From assembly GCA_051362555.1 (NCBI GenBank), contig CM120641.1, positions 2,542,001-2,606,000 on the forward strand: 64,000 bases of DNA, in the 5' to 3' direction. Shown here in pieces: positions 37,701-50,000 of the stretch. The position numbers and the translations under genes were made by a program. Position 1 is the first letter of the stretch; each line of letters begins with the position of its first letter. A model generated the notes under the pieces. The model was not told the DNA's origin. It saw only the letters and a list, made by a program, of their open reading frames with translations, and did no database searches. Source of the stretch: Lingula anatina. Its lineage: Eukaryota; Animalia; Brachiopoda.

Positions 37701-40700
37701 TCCTTGAAAAACTTGATTCTGGGTGAAATTATATACTCTAATTTATTTAAAATTATTTTAAACTTTAACTATTTTATTACTGGTGAAAACTAAGCAATGA
37801 TATTTGGCACATATAATTTAATCTGTCCTTCATCTCTTGCTTAAATCTGCATTCGGCTGTACCTGGGAGTTTTGAAAATCTGTGCGTACAGTTTTAAAAG
37901 GTCTGGTTACGCCCCTGCTTGTTGAGGGGTGAGGGTAGGGTTGGGATGGGCTAACTGCACTGCACTTCTACGTAGAGGCTATTACAATAATGGTGTCTTG
38001 TAACACACTAAAATACTGACTTTAAGCTATTGTTTGAAGAATCGTTTGTAGTAATTTTGAGTGCTTAATACAGTTAAAGATTTTCTGGTTTCTAGTAGAT
38101 TATATTCTTTATTTTATTCCCTTGATGTTTTGAAAGGAATGTAACTTTACGCGTTAAAATTTATTTGCACTGTAGTGATGAATACATATACTTTGCAAAG
38201 TTAGTGTGTTGTTGTTTCAATGAAATCCTGTTTATACAAATAAAATCCACCAAACCGGTAAAATCTTGCTTTTTGTTTCATGTAAAGATGTTAGAAAGTG
38301 AGACTTTCGAAAAATTTTCCAGAAAGCTTAAAACAAATTTGGTTGAGCTTATCTCTTGTTAAAGCAACACAGTACAATACAGGGCTGAAGTGATTTGCAA
38401 TAACTCAAGAAGAGTTGCTTCTCCAAATATTCTAAATAACTTAATGAAAAGGGACCAAAAAGTTACAGAGAGGCGTCTAGAAAGAAAGTGCAAAGCAGAA
38501 ATTGAGTGACAGGAGGTAGATAATTTTTAGACTCCTTGACACGTAACTGAGTAATTTTGTACAAAATTTAATACTGTAAAATGAAAATGAAATGATCATC
38601 ATAACACATCATGGCACAGTGTTCGACACACATCATTTCACTTTCAGATAAAAGCATAATGGTGAAGAAAGAACAAGTTAATGTGGTCTATTTTTCCTCT
38701 TGCATTTTCTCAGCCTTTTTGCATTAAGTGGTAAAAGAAAAGTGCAAAAGTATTTGTAACTGGACCTTTTTTGTGACTTTTCATTTTCAGCTCTTTTGTT
38801 ATAGCAAAGGAATATAGCTATTGGAATAGAAAAATAACCTTCCAGCTTCTCGACTACTTAAAGCATTGCTGATATTTATGTAAATTGCTTAATTAATTAT
38901 TTCATTTTTTCATTGCTTCACATGGGAGGGTCCTCGTCATAGGTCACTTTACTGAATTATGTCCGTAATTAGGGCTTCTCAGGTAAAACTTCTATAACTT
39001 TAAGAAGGTCGACGATCCTTCCTTGGTGTGTGTGACATTCAAAACAATACTGTTAATTGGTAAAACTTTTCATTTTCATCCATATACAACATTCTTCAAA
39101 TCCATATTTATACAACTGTCAATGCAAAGTACAAAGTGTTCACCTAAAAAGGGGGTCGATTGTGCTGCTTGCACGTTCACAGCAAGCACAAGGACTTGCA
39201 CGATCATATCCAACAAATATCTTTTATCATCTACAACAGATGAATCACGAGCATAAATACCTTGTCCCTCTTTAACTTTTTTAAAAATCTTTGTTCGAGT
39301 TTGTAGGGCCTATCCTTGACCTTTCCAAGAGTGTTCTACCCATCCTCCTCGGAGTCAGCTATAATTTACTGATTGTACAAACCGACTCAAAGTTTTCAAA
39401 ACAACATTTTCAAAATTTTTGATCTGCTTCCAGAATCTAAATTAAATTTTCACCCGTTCTTCATTTCTTTAGTACAGTACGGTACTTGAATGAATATCCA
39501 CAATAATCCAATAGTAGAAAATATAAGCGAATCCATTATTGGAAATTTATTTTATTTATACGTAGCGACGGTCAAACATTAGGATCTTAACCTAAGATCA
39601 TCCACAAGGAACATACCTTGATGAACTCAGGTGAAGCCTTTACCAGCACCTTCTGGTGGATACATCTTAGGTATTAAGAAATAGACAAGAGAAAGTAGGA
39701 GAGCATTTTATTTATGTTTAGTCACTGACATATGCAGTGAACAACCTAAAAATGCATGATGTCTGTACATCAATATTTATTTTCTTTTCATAACACACTT
39801 CTGAAGTGTTGCCTTTATTTCATACAATGGTTTAAGGTACCAACAATTTCATCAAATATTGTTTTTACTCTCTATATATAATAAAATAGCACCACCAATA
39901 ACATTGCAATGAATTATATTCAACAGTAAAGTACTATAGCACAGACCACGTGGATATTTCTTTAATTCACAACTTATGCTTTACCAGATAATGAATAACA
40001 TTTGTACGAAATAAATTTCAGAAAATCTCGATTGTTCCATGAAGAAAATGAACTGTTTTAGTCTCATCTGTTGCCAATATACAAAGACACTACAGGATGT
40101 CTTTAAAATTAAATGACTGAAAGTACTGTAATGAGAACATTGTATAATGTTAACAAGATAAGTAAATGTATGATTACTTTTACAATAGCACATTCATGGA
40201 AAAGTTACAGAGAAAATGAAACTTTGCATGTGTTCCATTTACCTATACCTATTATGTATAAATAAAAAAAATTATAAAATCAAATTGACATTTCTCATGT
40301 CTTCTAGAATGTTGAATGGTCACTGGCACAGTGACAAACTGACAAGCACTACTAAAAGTAGGAGCACAAATGAGGTAGGCTACAGTACTTCAAGTAAGAT
40401 GAACTTCTAAATAATTAATACCTTGAGATCATCCAGTTCCAATTTTTTAAATTTAATTTAATTGTTGATTTGGTGCATACTTAACAGTGCAATTTGGCAA
40501 ACTTGAACAATGCAAATAGCTTAGTTGGCCAAAATTAAGGGTATACCTACTACACTGGCACACCAAAATATCTACTTTAATTCTGATAACCATGGAAATG
40601 CAATCATTCTTCTTTCTGTCTTTACAAAGATAATCTGATTTCAAGAAACTCTAACTGGAGACATGATAATAACTGCATAAGCATACAACCTACATTTCAT

Positions 40701-40823
40701 AATGACACAGTAACATGTAGACTGTTTTCAGGTCAGTTTTAACAACAAAAAATTTCACAGTTTTAACTTCATAAAGAAGCTTGCCTCCACCCCACCCCAC
40801 TCCCCATGTACAGGTGCATTCAT

Positions 40824-40931
40824 CCCCTATGTGAACCACATTTGGGTAAACCCAGACCCCTATGTGAACCACATTTGGGTAAACCCACACCCCTATGTGA
40901 ACCACATTTGGGTAAACCCACACCCCTATGT
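40824..40931. repeat. 33-bp minisatellite x3 in probable PIKfyve 3' UTR
   Basis: CCCCTATGTGAACCACATTTGGGTAAACCCA(C/G)A is repeated about 110 bp downstream of the stop codon. Confidence 0.9.
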
Positions 40932-41041
40932 AAACTATGTTTGGTTGAACCTTCCCCTTATGTAAGAATAAACCTGTCTTGCTGCTAAATCCAATATTTA
41001 TATGAAACTAGACCAGCATGCATTGCTGCTCTTCCTCCATC

Positions 41042-44000
41042 TTAAATTTCCAGATCACAACTAAGTCCATTCCACCTATCAGGGGCCTCCAGGAAATACC
41101 GGTCCATTGCCTCCAAGAAACGAGTTCTGTACAGCTCTGGAGACACAACTGTTGGCATTTTCCCTGAACAATGATAGCATAAACATAATCAGTATACATG
41201 AGAAATACTAAGAAATTTGTTTGGCATTCTATTTTGTATTATATGTAATTTATACCACTTGATATCTTGATATTGTAAAACTGTCAGGCTCTTGGAAATG
41301 TAGCAATTTAAAAATATCATGGTATGCTAATATTATGACACATCATAAAAAAAGAGACTATTTTAATTCTAATTAAAATTGTGCCTCTCTATCACAAAAG
41401 CTTAGTTCAATACAACTGTAATAAGACCTTTCAAGAACAAGTAATGTCAACCCTGCTTAACTGCACTGACTATACAGGGACTCTCATGAATACAATCAAA
41501 TTAACAGACTAACAAGCCTCCTCCTGGTGTTGAGATCAACACAGTAAAGCTGGTGATCATACGAGTAAATTTAAAAACAAGAATCTGATTGGTCCCTATG
41601 TAAGGCCTCATTCAGAACAGCGGTCTAACAGATCCCAGGGTCACTTGAATGCTTGTTGCATAATCCGGATCCCCACAAGAAATCTATTCAGTGTCTACTC
41701 CTGAATTAAACGACAAGCTTTTTAGTGGGTCTCCATATTTGATCTGTGGAACTCTAAGTCCACTGTTCTGAATGTGCTCTAAGAGAAATCATGTGTTCTG
41801 ACGGTCACCTTGTCCTCCCAGGATCCCTGAAGACTTCACCATGGTCTCCAGCTTCTTGTCCCAGGTAAATGTTCTGATGTAGTCTGGAGGACAGTTTATT
41901 AAAACTATGTACAATATATCAGTAGAACAATTCTTTAAAAATATACATCAATATGTACAATATAACTAAAAGCTTCTTGCTGAAACACCACATCAAACTT
42001 ATTCTGCATAAATCTTAATAATTTCAAAGTAAAGCACTGAATAATGCAATGCTGTTTGTTTATAAACAATTTTTCATCAACACTGATTCTAATTAACTGA
42101 TTTGAGTTGAAAAAGAATATCAAGATAGGCGACAAAAAAAATTTATGAATATCATTTTCGTAACCTATACTTAATTACCAATGATTCCTACAAGAACCTC
42201 TCCCTTCTGTTCATCTACACCCATCAGTAAAGAGTAGTCCATGACAAGATGGCTGGACAGGAACTGGGTGTCATTGGTTATGGCGGACATCAACACCTTC
42301 CTGGCGTGAGGACGCAGGTATAACGGATTGTCTAGGCTCACTTTTGACAAAAAAATGAAGTTTTAGTTGAAATACTTACATATAAATATACTGTAAATAC
42401 TTAAAATAAAAAAAAAATTATTTCAAAGGAATGGTAGAGTTTATTTGGTAAGCATTATGAAAAAAAAAATGGGTTGTTATGGTAGCAATAAGATTGTCCA
42501 AATAAAAACAGTGTTTCTTTTTATTTTCTTATGTTTATTACAACTCCCAGCAATTTAGACAATGCCCATATGGGACTCTATACTTCAATCTTAGAAACTT
42601 ACTTTTCAACAAATTTTCATCTAAAAGCACTAAATCCTCACTCTTCTGATTGGCTGTCTTTACTAGACGGTTACGCTCTGAACCTTTTAAATCATACACC
42701 TAGAAGTAAAATAACCAGAACTCCTTTTTTTCGATTTTGGTTTTAAAATTATAATAAAAAAATAATACAACTGTATATTAAGTAATAATATGATACAATT
42801 TTTTTTTTTTGGTTTTCATAAATTAATAATTTAAAATGCACAAACTCTAGGATGTTTTCAGCATAAATTTCAAAAACTCAATAAAAAGAAACTATCCAAT
42901 AAATACAAACCTGAGTAATTTTCTTGCTTTGAGGATAGAATAAATTTTCCATCACCAGAAGATCTTGCTTGGTAGCCATGTTGGTTTGGTTGTTACGGAA
43001 ACCAATCCTATATGCTCCTACTATTTTGGCAAGAGCAGTAGGACTCTGTATAAAAAATAGACAAAAATAAATTGATCTGAACTGCATAAGGAACATGGAT
43101 TTTGTTTTTAAATGTTGAATTTAAACCTTTAAACCTTTTGTGCATTTTGTTTTTAAATGTTGAATTTAAACCTGTGAAAAATGTATTATAAACTTCATCA
43201 ACTGTGAGAACAGATTGGTGACATATGGTGATGTTTTTCATTCAGGACAAATGAAAGTTTCAATAAGATCTGAAAAACTTGTCTGGACACTGTTCTGGAT
43301 GAATAATTTAGGTGAATCTGACATGGGTCATTTTAGGCTAAAGTATCAGAAATAGAATCTAAATGTATTAATTGAGTGTGCAGATCTGGCAATTTAGCCT
43401 CCACACCTTTAAACAATTATGGAAATCAAAACTTAAATGAAAGAAACACATTTTAATGCAACAGGCAAAGAACAAATGAACATCACTCTCTTTAATGTTG
43501 ACAAGAATTGTCCCTTGAGACTGGAAATATTGGAAAGCTCTCTTAATCATTTCATCAACAGATAATATGTTAGGAGTTGTAAGAGATCTCTGACAGAATC
43601 CACTGACCTTATCAGTATGAGATTTCAATGTGTACTCAATATAGTGTGGGGCAAACTCTAGAAAAGACTGCACCTCTGGCTTGGACATCTGCTTCAAAAT
43701 GTAGCGGTCATCTGAATAAAAATATAGCAGTCATCTAAATAAAGCATATATCAGTCATCTGAATAAAAAATATTACAGAGGTCATCTGAATAAGGATATA
43801 GTGGTCATTTGAATAAAAATACAGTGATCATTTGAATAAAACTGTAGCAGTTATCGGAATAAAAAATATTTTAAATCGCACAAATTATAAAAACTTAAAT
43901 CAATGTTGCTCCTTGTGGCCATGGTGTACAATATCACAACACTGATTCAATAGCAGTTTTCTGGCATTACAAGCCTTTTTAATAGAAGTAAAGACATCAT

Positions 44001-47000
44001 ATATAATGACTGCAGGAAAAATCTGTCTCAGCTCTTTTTATGTTGACATTTATGGAACTCTCTCTCTCCTGAACATCACTATAGAATGAACATTTTGATG
44101 CAATGTAGCTTTATACTCAGACCCGATAGCCTGACATTTCTTATTAGACATAAGACAAGAACCAGCTCACCTTGAGTTTTACAGAAGGCAGAGCCAGATT
44201 TCCCTCCCTTGGCAAGCCAGTTAATACACCTGGATAAAGACCTGATGTACCTGGATAAATACAAACAAAGAGCTGACAGTGGAATTCTCTGTAAAATATC
44301 ACTAGCAAAACTGCCAGCTTCTGTATCACATATTATAAACTTGCCACTTTCAAGACCAAGTTTTGATATCCGAGTTCAGCAAATCTTTTAAATCTATTGA
44401 TATCATAGTTTTCAGACAAAAAAAAAAAAAAAAAAAAGATCCAGTTTGTCCATTACGTTTTATAATGTTTTACAACACCCTAAGAGAAAACACACTTTCA
44501 CAATAACTGTATTTCATTAAGAATCAAACCTTACAAATGTGCCTTTCACCTGGTATATAAAAATGTCTTTTAATTTGATATTTCACCACTGGTTAGCTAC
44601 CCCAGCACATCACTGGATATGTGAAGAGTAGCCACGAGAACCAAGAATGAGTACCTACCCTGCTTCCCCCTCTGGACACAAAATTTTTCTCATCTGCTTG
44701 AAGCTCTCAGCATGGTAAACTTGACAGTAGAACTTTGATGATCCCTCAGCATATTCTGTTTTGGAATAGAATAAGACTTTTAGAATACAGAGCGGAAAAT
44801 GTCAGAAAAACAGTGATAGCACTGATAGAAGTAAAATAATGAAAACCTAGAACATAGATAATGTGAGACTGGCTTTACTGTGCATTAAAATGTTGCCTAA
44901 ATTCAAATATAAGAGAGTGACATATAAACACTTCTTCTGATTATTACCCATTTGTTCCCTGAGATAAACTAAAGAATCTGGACAAAAGACATGCATAAAA
45001 CTTAACATGAATCAATACACTTACGGAGCTCTATGTGGTATTTAGGAGTCTTGGCTTCTTTTCCATCTATTTCCTCAACTAAAATAAAATTAAAAAATAT
45101 TATATATCTTTTACTATTTACTGAACAGTGTGATAATGAAAACTGATAGTAAAGGCATAAAAACATATAGTAAAGGGATAAAAAGACAATGAATGTTCCC
45201 GTAGCTGAGCATTCTAACATTTGTCATAGTTTAAAACACAATTTAAACCATGGCAGATGAGTGCTGATAATTATGTTTTAAGAATCTCTTCCAGGACAAG
45301 AAAAAACAAAAGAAAAGATCAGCTTCACTTACAGTAGGTGCTTGCTTCATAACTAGATTCACTTTCGCCAGGGGTAAACTTGACCGAGGCCTCCAAGTCC
45401 TTCTTTCTACTGGGGCTGGAGTCCCGGCTGCTCTGCCCTTTAGCGCTCCGTAGAAACTTTAAGACACCCCCAGCTGCCTTCCAATGTTGGACTGACAGGA
45501 GTGAAAATGTTTAATGAAAACATGATTTACTAGAGACATGCATTCTTATTAATATAAGGGACTGAAATAGCATGGCTAGGGTAAATTTCATAATATTAAA
45601 CTATGTCACTATTACATTATATCATAATAATAAAAACAACCAATTGTAACAAAAACATGGCATATATGTATAGCAATTCCACTGTCTTTAAAAATATTTA
45701 CAAAAGAGAATCTGTTAATTTAACAAAATGCAATATATTAATTTTACAAACCATTCTTCTCCTTACCTGCATCCAGCCTCCCTGTGCTCTCCACTCTGGA
45801 TAAACCCCCCTTCTTGATCTGGCTACAAAATATGATTACAAAATCTAATTAGCAGGTGACATGTGTAGATCTCATCAAAGATTTAGCCTCATTTACAATA
45901 AATTAAATACAACTTATTTATAAATTAAGAGAGAAAATTAAACACACTTCCATGGATAAATACTGCCAGTTTTTATTCATTGTCATGAGACTTGGGGCTT
46001 TCTCAGATGATCCCCATTGTGTTTGTATTCACAGAATAATACATTAAGCACCTACTTTATATCATACGCTTCTTTGGAAAGAGCAAGTTGCTTCAGTTCA
46101 TTCAACTTCACTTTGTACTCAATAGAGCTGAAATAAGAAAGCAGGGTTTAATGATGGCAAACCATTCTCTTTAAACCAAATATCAAATGAAAGCAACCAA
46201 AAAATTCAGTAATTTTCTTTACACCAACAGATTCCCTTTTTCTATTCTTTTTTATCTTTTGCTTAAAATGTCATCACCTTTTGACATTATAAGCATTGGA
46301 TCCTTTTTTCACAACTTTCACAACAGCTGAATTTCCCTCACCATGTTCATTTGACCTGTACATTACCTTAATGCATAAGCAATAATAGAGCTGGGTTCCC
46401 TATCTAACACAATCACTGGAATGTCATCTGACAGAGGCAGGAGGTAGTGCTCATCTGGTGGGCTGGAACAGGGAATTATCATATATAAATAGAGAGATCT
46501 GTGATGTGGTGAAAAGACTTAACTGTCTTTGTACTTTTTTAGGGGGTGAAAAGGTCTACCTTTTTTTTCAGAAAAAGAATCCCCTCTGAAATTGGCGCTT
46601 CCTATATATAGATGTAAGCATCATTGTTGACCACAGTAAAAAAAATGTTGAAATTTGTCTCAAGAACAGAGCTGATGCCCTTATACTAGTAGTAGTTAAT
46701 GAAGACCCTGTAGTGTTAGTTTTATTCTTATATTTGCTTGTTACAAATTTAAGTTTCCATTTATATTGTACATTATCACCATTTTTGTGGTACATTTGCC
46801 TATAATGAAATCCTGTCAATATATAGTGTATATGTACATATAGTGATGCTTAGGCCACACTTTTTTATTTTTATGGATGACATCCTCTGGGGACCCCAAA
46901 ATCGGTGCGAGCGGGCGAAAAAAAAAAAAAAAACAGTCCAAAAAAAAAAAACCTGCTTAAGAAAACTTATGTTTTCAGTACACAGCTGGAAACACTAATT

Positions 47001-50000
47001 TACCACAGAAACACGTACGTATCAAACTAACAACATGTCTATATCCATGTTCTCAAAATATTAAAGCATTGTGAATAGGGCCTACTTTGTAGAAAGGTAA
47101 AAAGTCATGAATATATATGCTGAATATTACCAAATCTATTTAAGGTTATTTCATGCATTCTATTGGTACAGCAATCAATAAAACAAATATAATAGCGTGT
47201 CTTTATTTGTACTGTCAGAAAATTAAAGCATTAAAAACACTTCACAGAATTGTTTAAAAAAATGAAGCAAAGATAGGCCTATGCTTCCTACTACCAAATC
47301 TAAAAAAGGTAATTTCGGTCGATGCCATTTTGTTTACTTCGACTCACACGTAGCAGCCAACTATCGGGTGGCCTGTCCGACCTTCAGTCCACCAAATACC
47401 ACGACGCTCTTGTCGACCCTTTTTTCGCTACAAAAAAACCTGGTATGTGCTGCTTTGGACAGAATGTCACTGAAATTTTCCGGGCGATGATCGCTGGCCG
47501 CGGCCAGCCTTTCGTATAATTGTAAAAGGGTGATATCTCCATGACAATATCAATGGCAAACCAATCCAAAACGACGGCCCCGTTCTCTTTATGACTTTAA
47601 TTGTCGTGCATTTTGAAATTAATGCTAGAGATGAATTTGACGGCAAAGCTGCCATATTTCCACGTGGTGATAATACGCATGCGCAGAAAGCTCATTTTCC
47701 GCACTCGGAACTACTCGGATGTCTCCGCAGTTGACAATGACAGTATGGATCTTGCGGAATAAGCCGAGGATTGCCGATTGCATTTTCCGGCAAATTCAAT
47801 AAAGACGTTTGCGACAACCGACTTCCTTGGGGGGAGGGGGGGGGGATTTTTTTTTTTTTTTTTGGGAGAACGGACGAAAATCGGTGCGCGCGCAGGATGT
47901 CATCCATAAAATTAAAAAAGTGTGGCCTTATTTATAAATCATTTTTTTAAAGTATATTTTGAAATTAACTTCCTAAAAGATGTGATCCTGAAAGAAAAAC
48001 CATGTCAAGGGCATAAACAATATGACTTCAAAATAAAAAGAAAGAGTACATAATAGACCAGGGTGTAAAGTCTCCTAACTTTAAGACAATGTAACTCTTT
48101 TGTAGCCCTGTTATCTTACAAATTTTACAGTAGTCACAAAATGCACCGATCTCTTTTCCTTGAAAAAAAATGTAACAAACTTAGTGTTCTGAAATTCCTC
48201 ACAAGGTTTACTTACAATGGATTGTGTATGGGAACTGGACCAATACTAGACAGAAAACTGGTGATAATGTTCTTCATGGCTCCTCCCTGTTTGCTGCCTC
48301 TCTCTGCGCCCTCTGCTGGAAGACAAGAGAAAAATTGCTTCCATATGTGATGTACCGATAATATTAAATGACAATTATAAATCCGAACCAAAAAAAAAAT
48401 GCAAGCATGCATATACATCCACACAAACACACACGCACCCACACTGTCACTATGAAAATTCAAGTGATGGCAGTATGGCAATACTTTAGATAAGATCTGT
48501 TATCAACCATAGCAGAACAGACATAAAGATCCACAGCAAACAAATATTAACAAATTTCACAAAGTTACGTATAAATGGAAAATAACATAAACAACAATAG
48601 TCCATTTCAAAGACCAACAAAGCTAGTTCAATCCACGTACGCTGTACAAGAACCTTACATTTGAGTATGCAAATAAACAACATAAAAGATGACAGCATAC
48701 TAAGGAAATAAATTTACTACAGACATAAACAACATTCGCTCAGAGTTGCCTTAAATAACTCTATTCAAAGAAGGTACCTCCTTCGTCAAGTTATTAAAAA
48801 TAAAAAATACAAATGAAAAGAAAGGGGACTGCAATAAAAAAGAGATTATTCAAATCATAAATGAGGATCTGGTTATCATTATTTCTGACCTCTCGTATTC
48901 TTGCTCTCATCAGCAGACTTTGTCTTTCTGTGTCCCTTGTGTTCAGAGACGGCGGAGATGGTGGCTTCAGGGGCACGCTCCTCACCATATGGTTTGCCGA
49001 CTATTACTTCTCGAGGAGCTGAAAGAAATAAGAAAGAAGAAATGCCAAAAATTTGCTTTAAAAATGTCTACCTATCTAAATTCTTGTATGATATATTAAG
49101 GACACTTTTACTGCAAAGTATATAAAATATCTAGAAATGAATTTACAGGCATCAGTTACATTAGTGCATTACATTTGCATACAAAATATCAATAGGACAG
49201 ATACATCTTCTCAACTAATTTAAAACAAATGGCAAAGACAAAATTGCTTTTTATAATACACTATTCTATGGGGTTTTTTCCTGCAATAAGTAATATTTCC
49301 AATCTCAAAAGAAAAATTTAAGACAAAGACAAATTCAACTCTAGTTATGGTTAGTGTTAAAATAAATGTGCGTAAATACATTTAAGTTGAGATACAAGTA
49401 TACTGTTAAGATGAGTATACTGTTAAGATATTATGAAATATTCAAACAGGCCTACTGCATCAACGTGATGCTTCTGTTTTTTTTTAAATAAATTACAAAA
49501 TATACAAGACTATTCATTTGCCCATAGATCTCAGCAAAATTTAACATCCAAATAACAGTTTCCAGTGAAGGAATTCATTGTTAGGGGTAAAAGATGTCAC
49601 CTTTAAAATGTTACAACATCTAAAAACTGTTTTCAGATTTCAGTATGCAAAATATCATATATAATACAATAAATATATTTTACTATTCACATAACATTGG
49701 AAAATAAAAGCAATATTGGATCAAACATCATATGCACCAAATGACAAGATATCCATGCAAAAAGAGTAAAATTCCTAACACAATGTAGAATATGAGGATT
49801 TTAAATTTTTTAATTTTAATTTTTAAATATAATGCAATTGCCAAATACCCTAAGACAGTGGGGGCAGTGGGTGTACCTGTGTCTGCAAGCTAAACTTCAA
49901 ACAATTTGCAAATAATCATTTTTATATACAGATACTTTAAGTGTCTGCATATATTTTGATTGGTCTGTCTTTCTATGTTGTCGCTGTCACCGTTGCTGTC

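Larger units (their letters stand above)
32978..37917. mobile_element. hAT-like (5-bp TSD) non-autonomous element, about 4.9 kb, hosting nested insertions
   Basis: Termini CATGGGCGTAACCAG and CTGGTTACGCCCCTG, TSD CTTGT on both sides, subterminal TGTGCGTACA at both ends. Confidence 0.75.
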
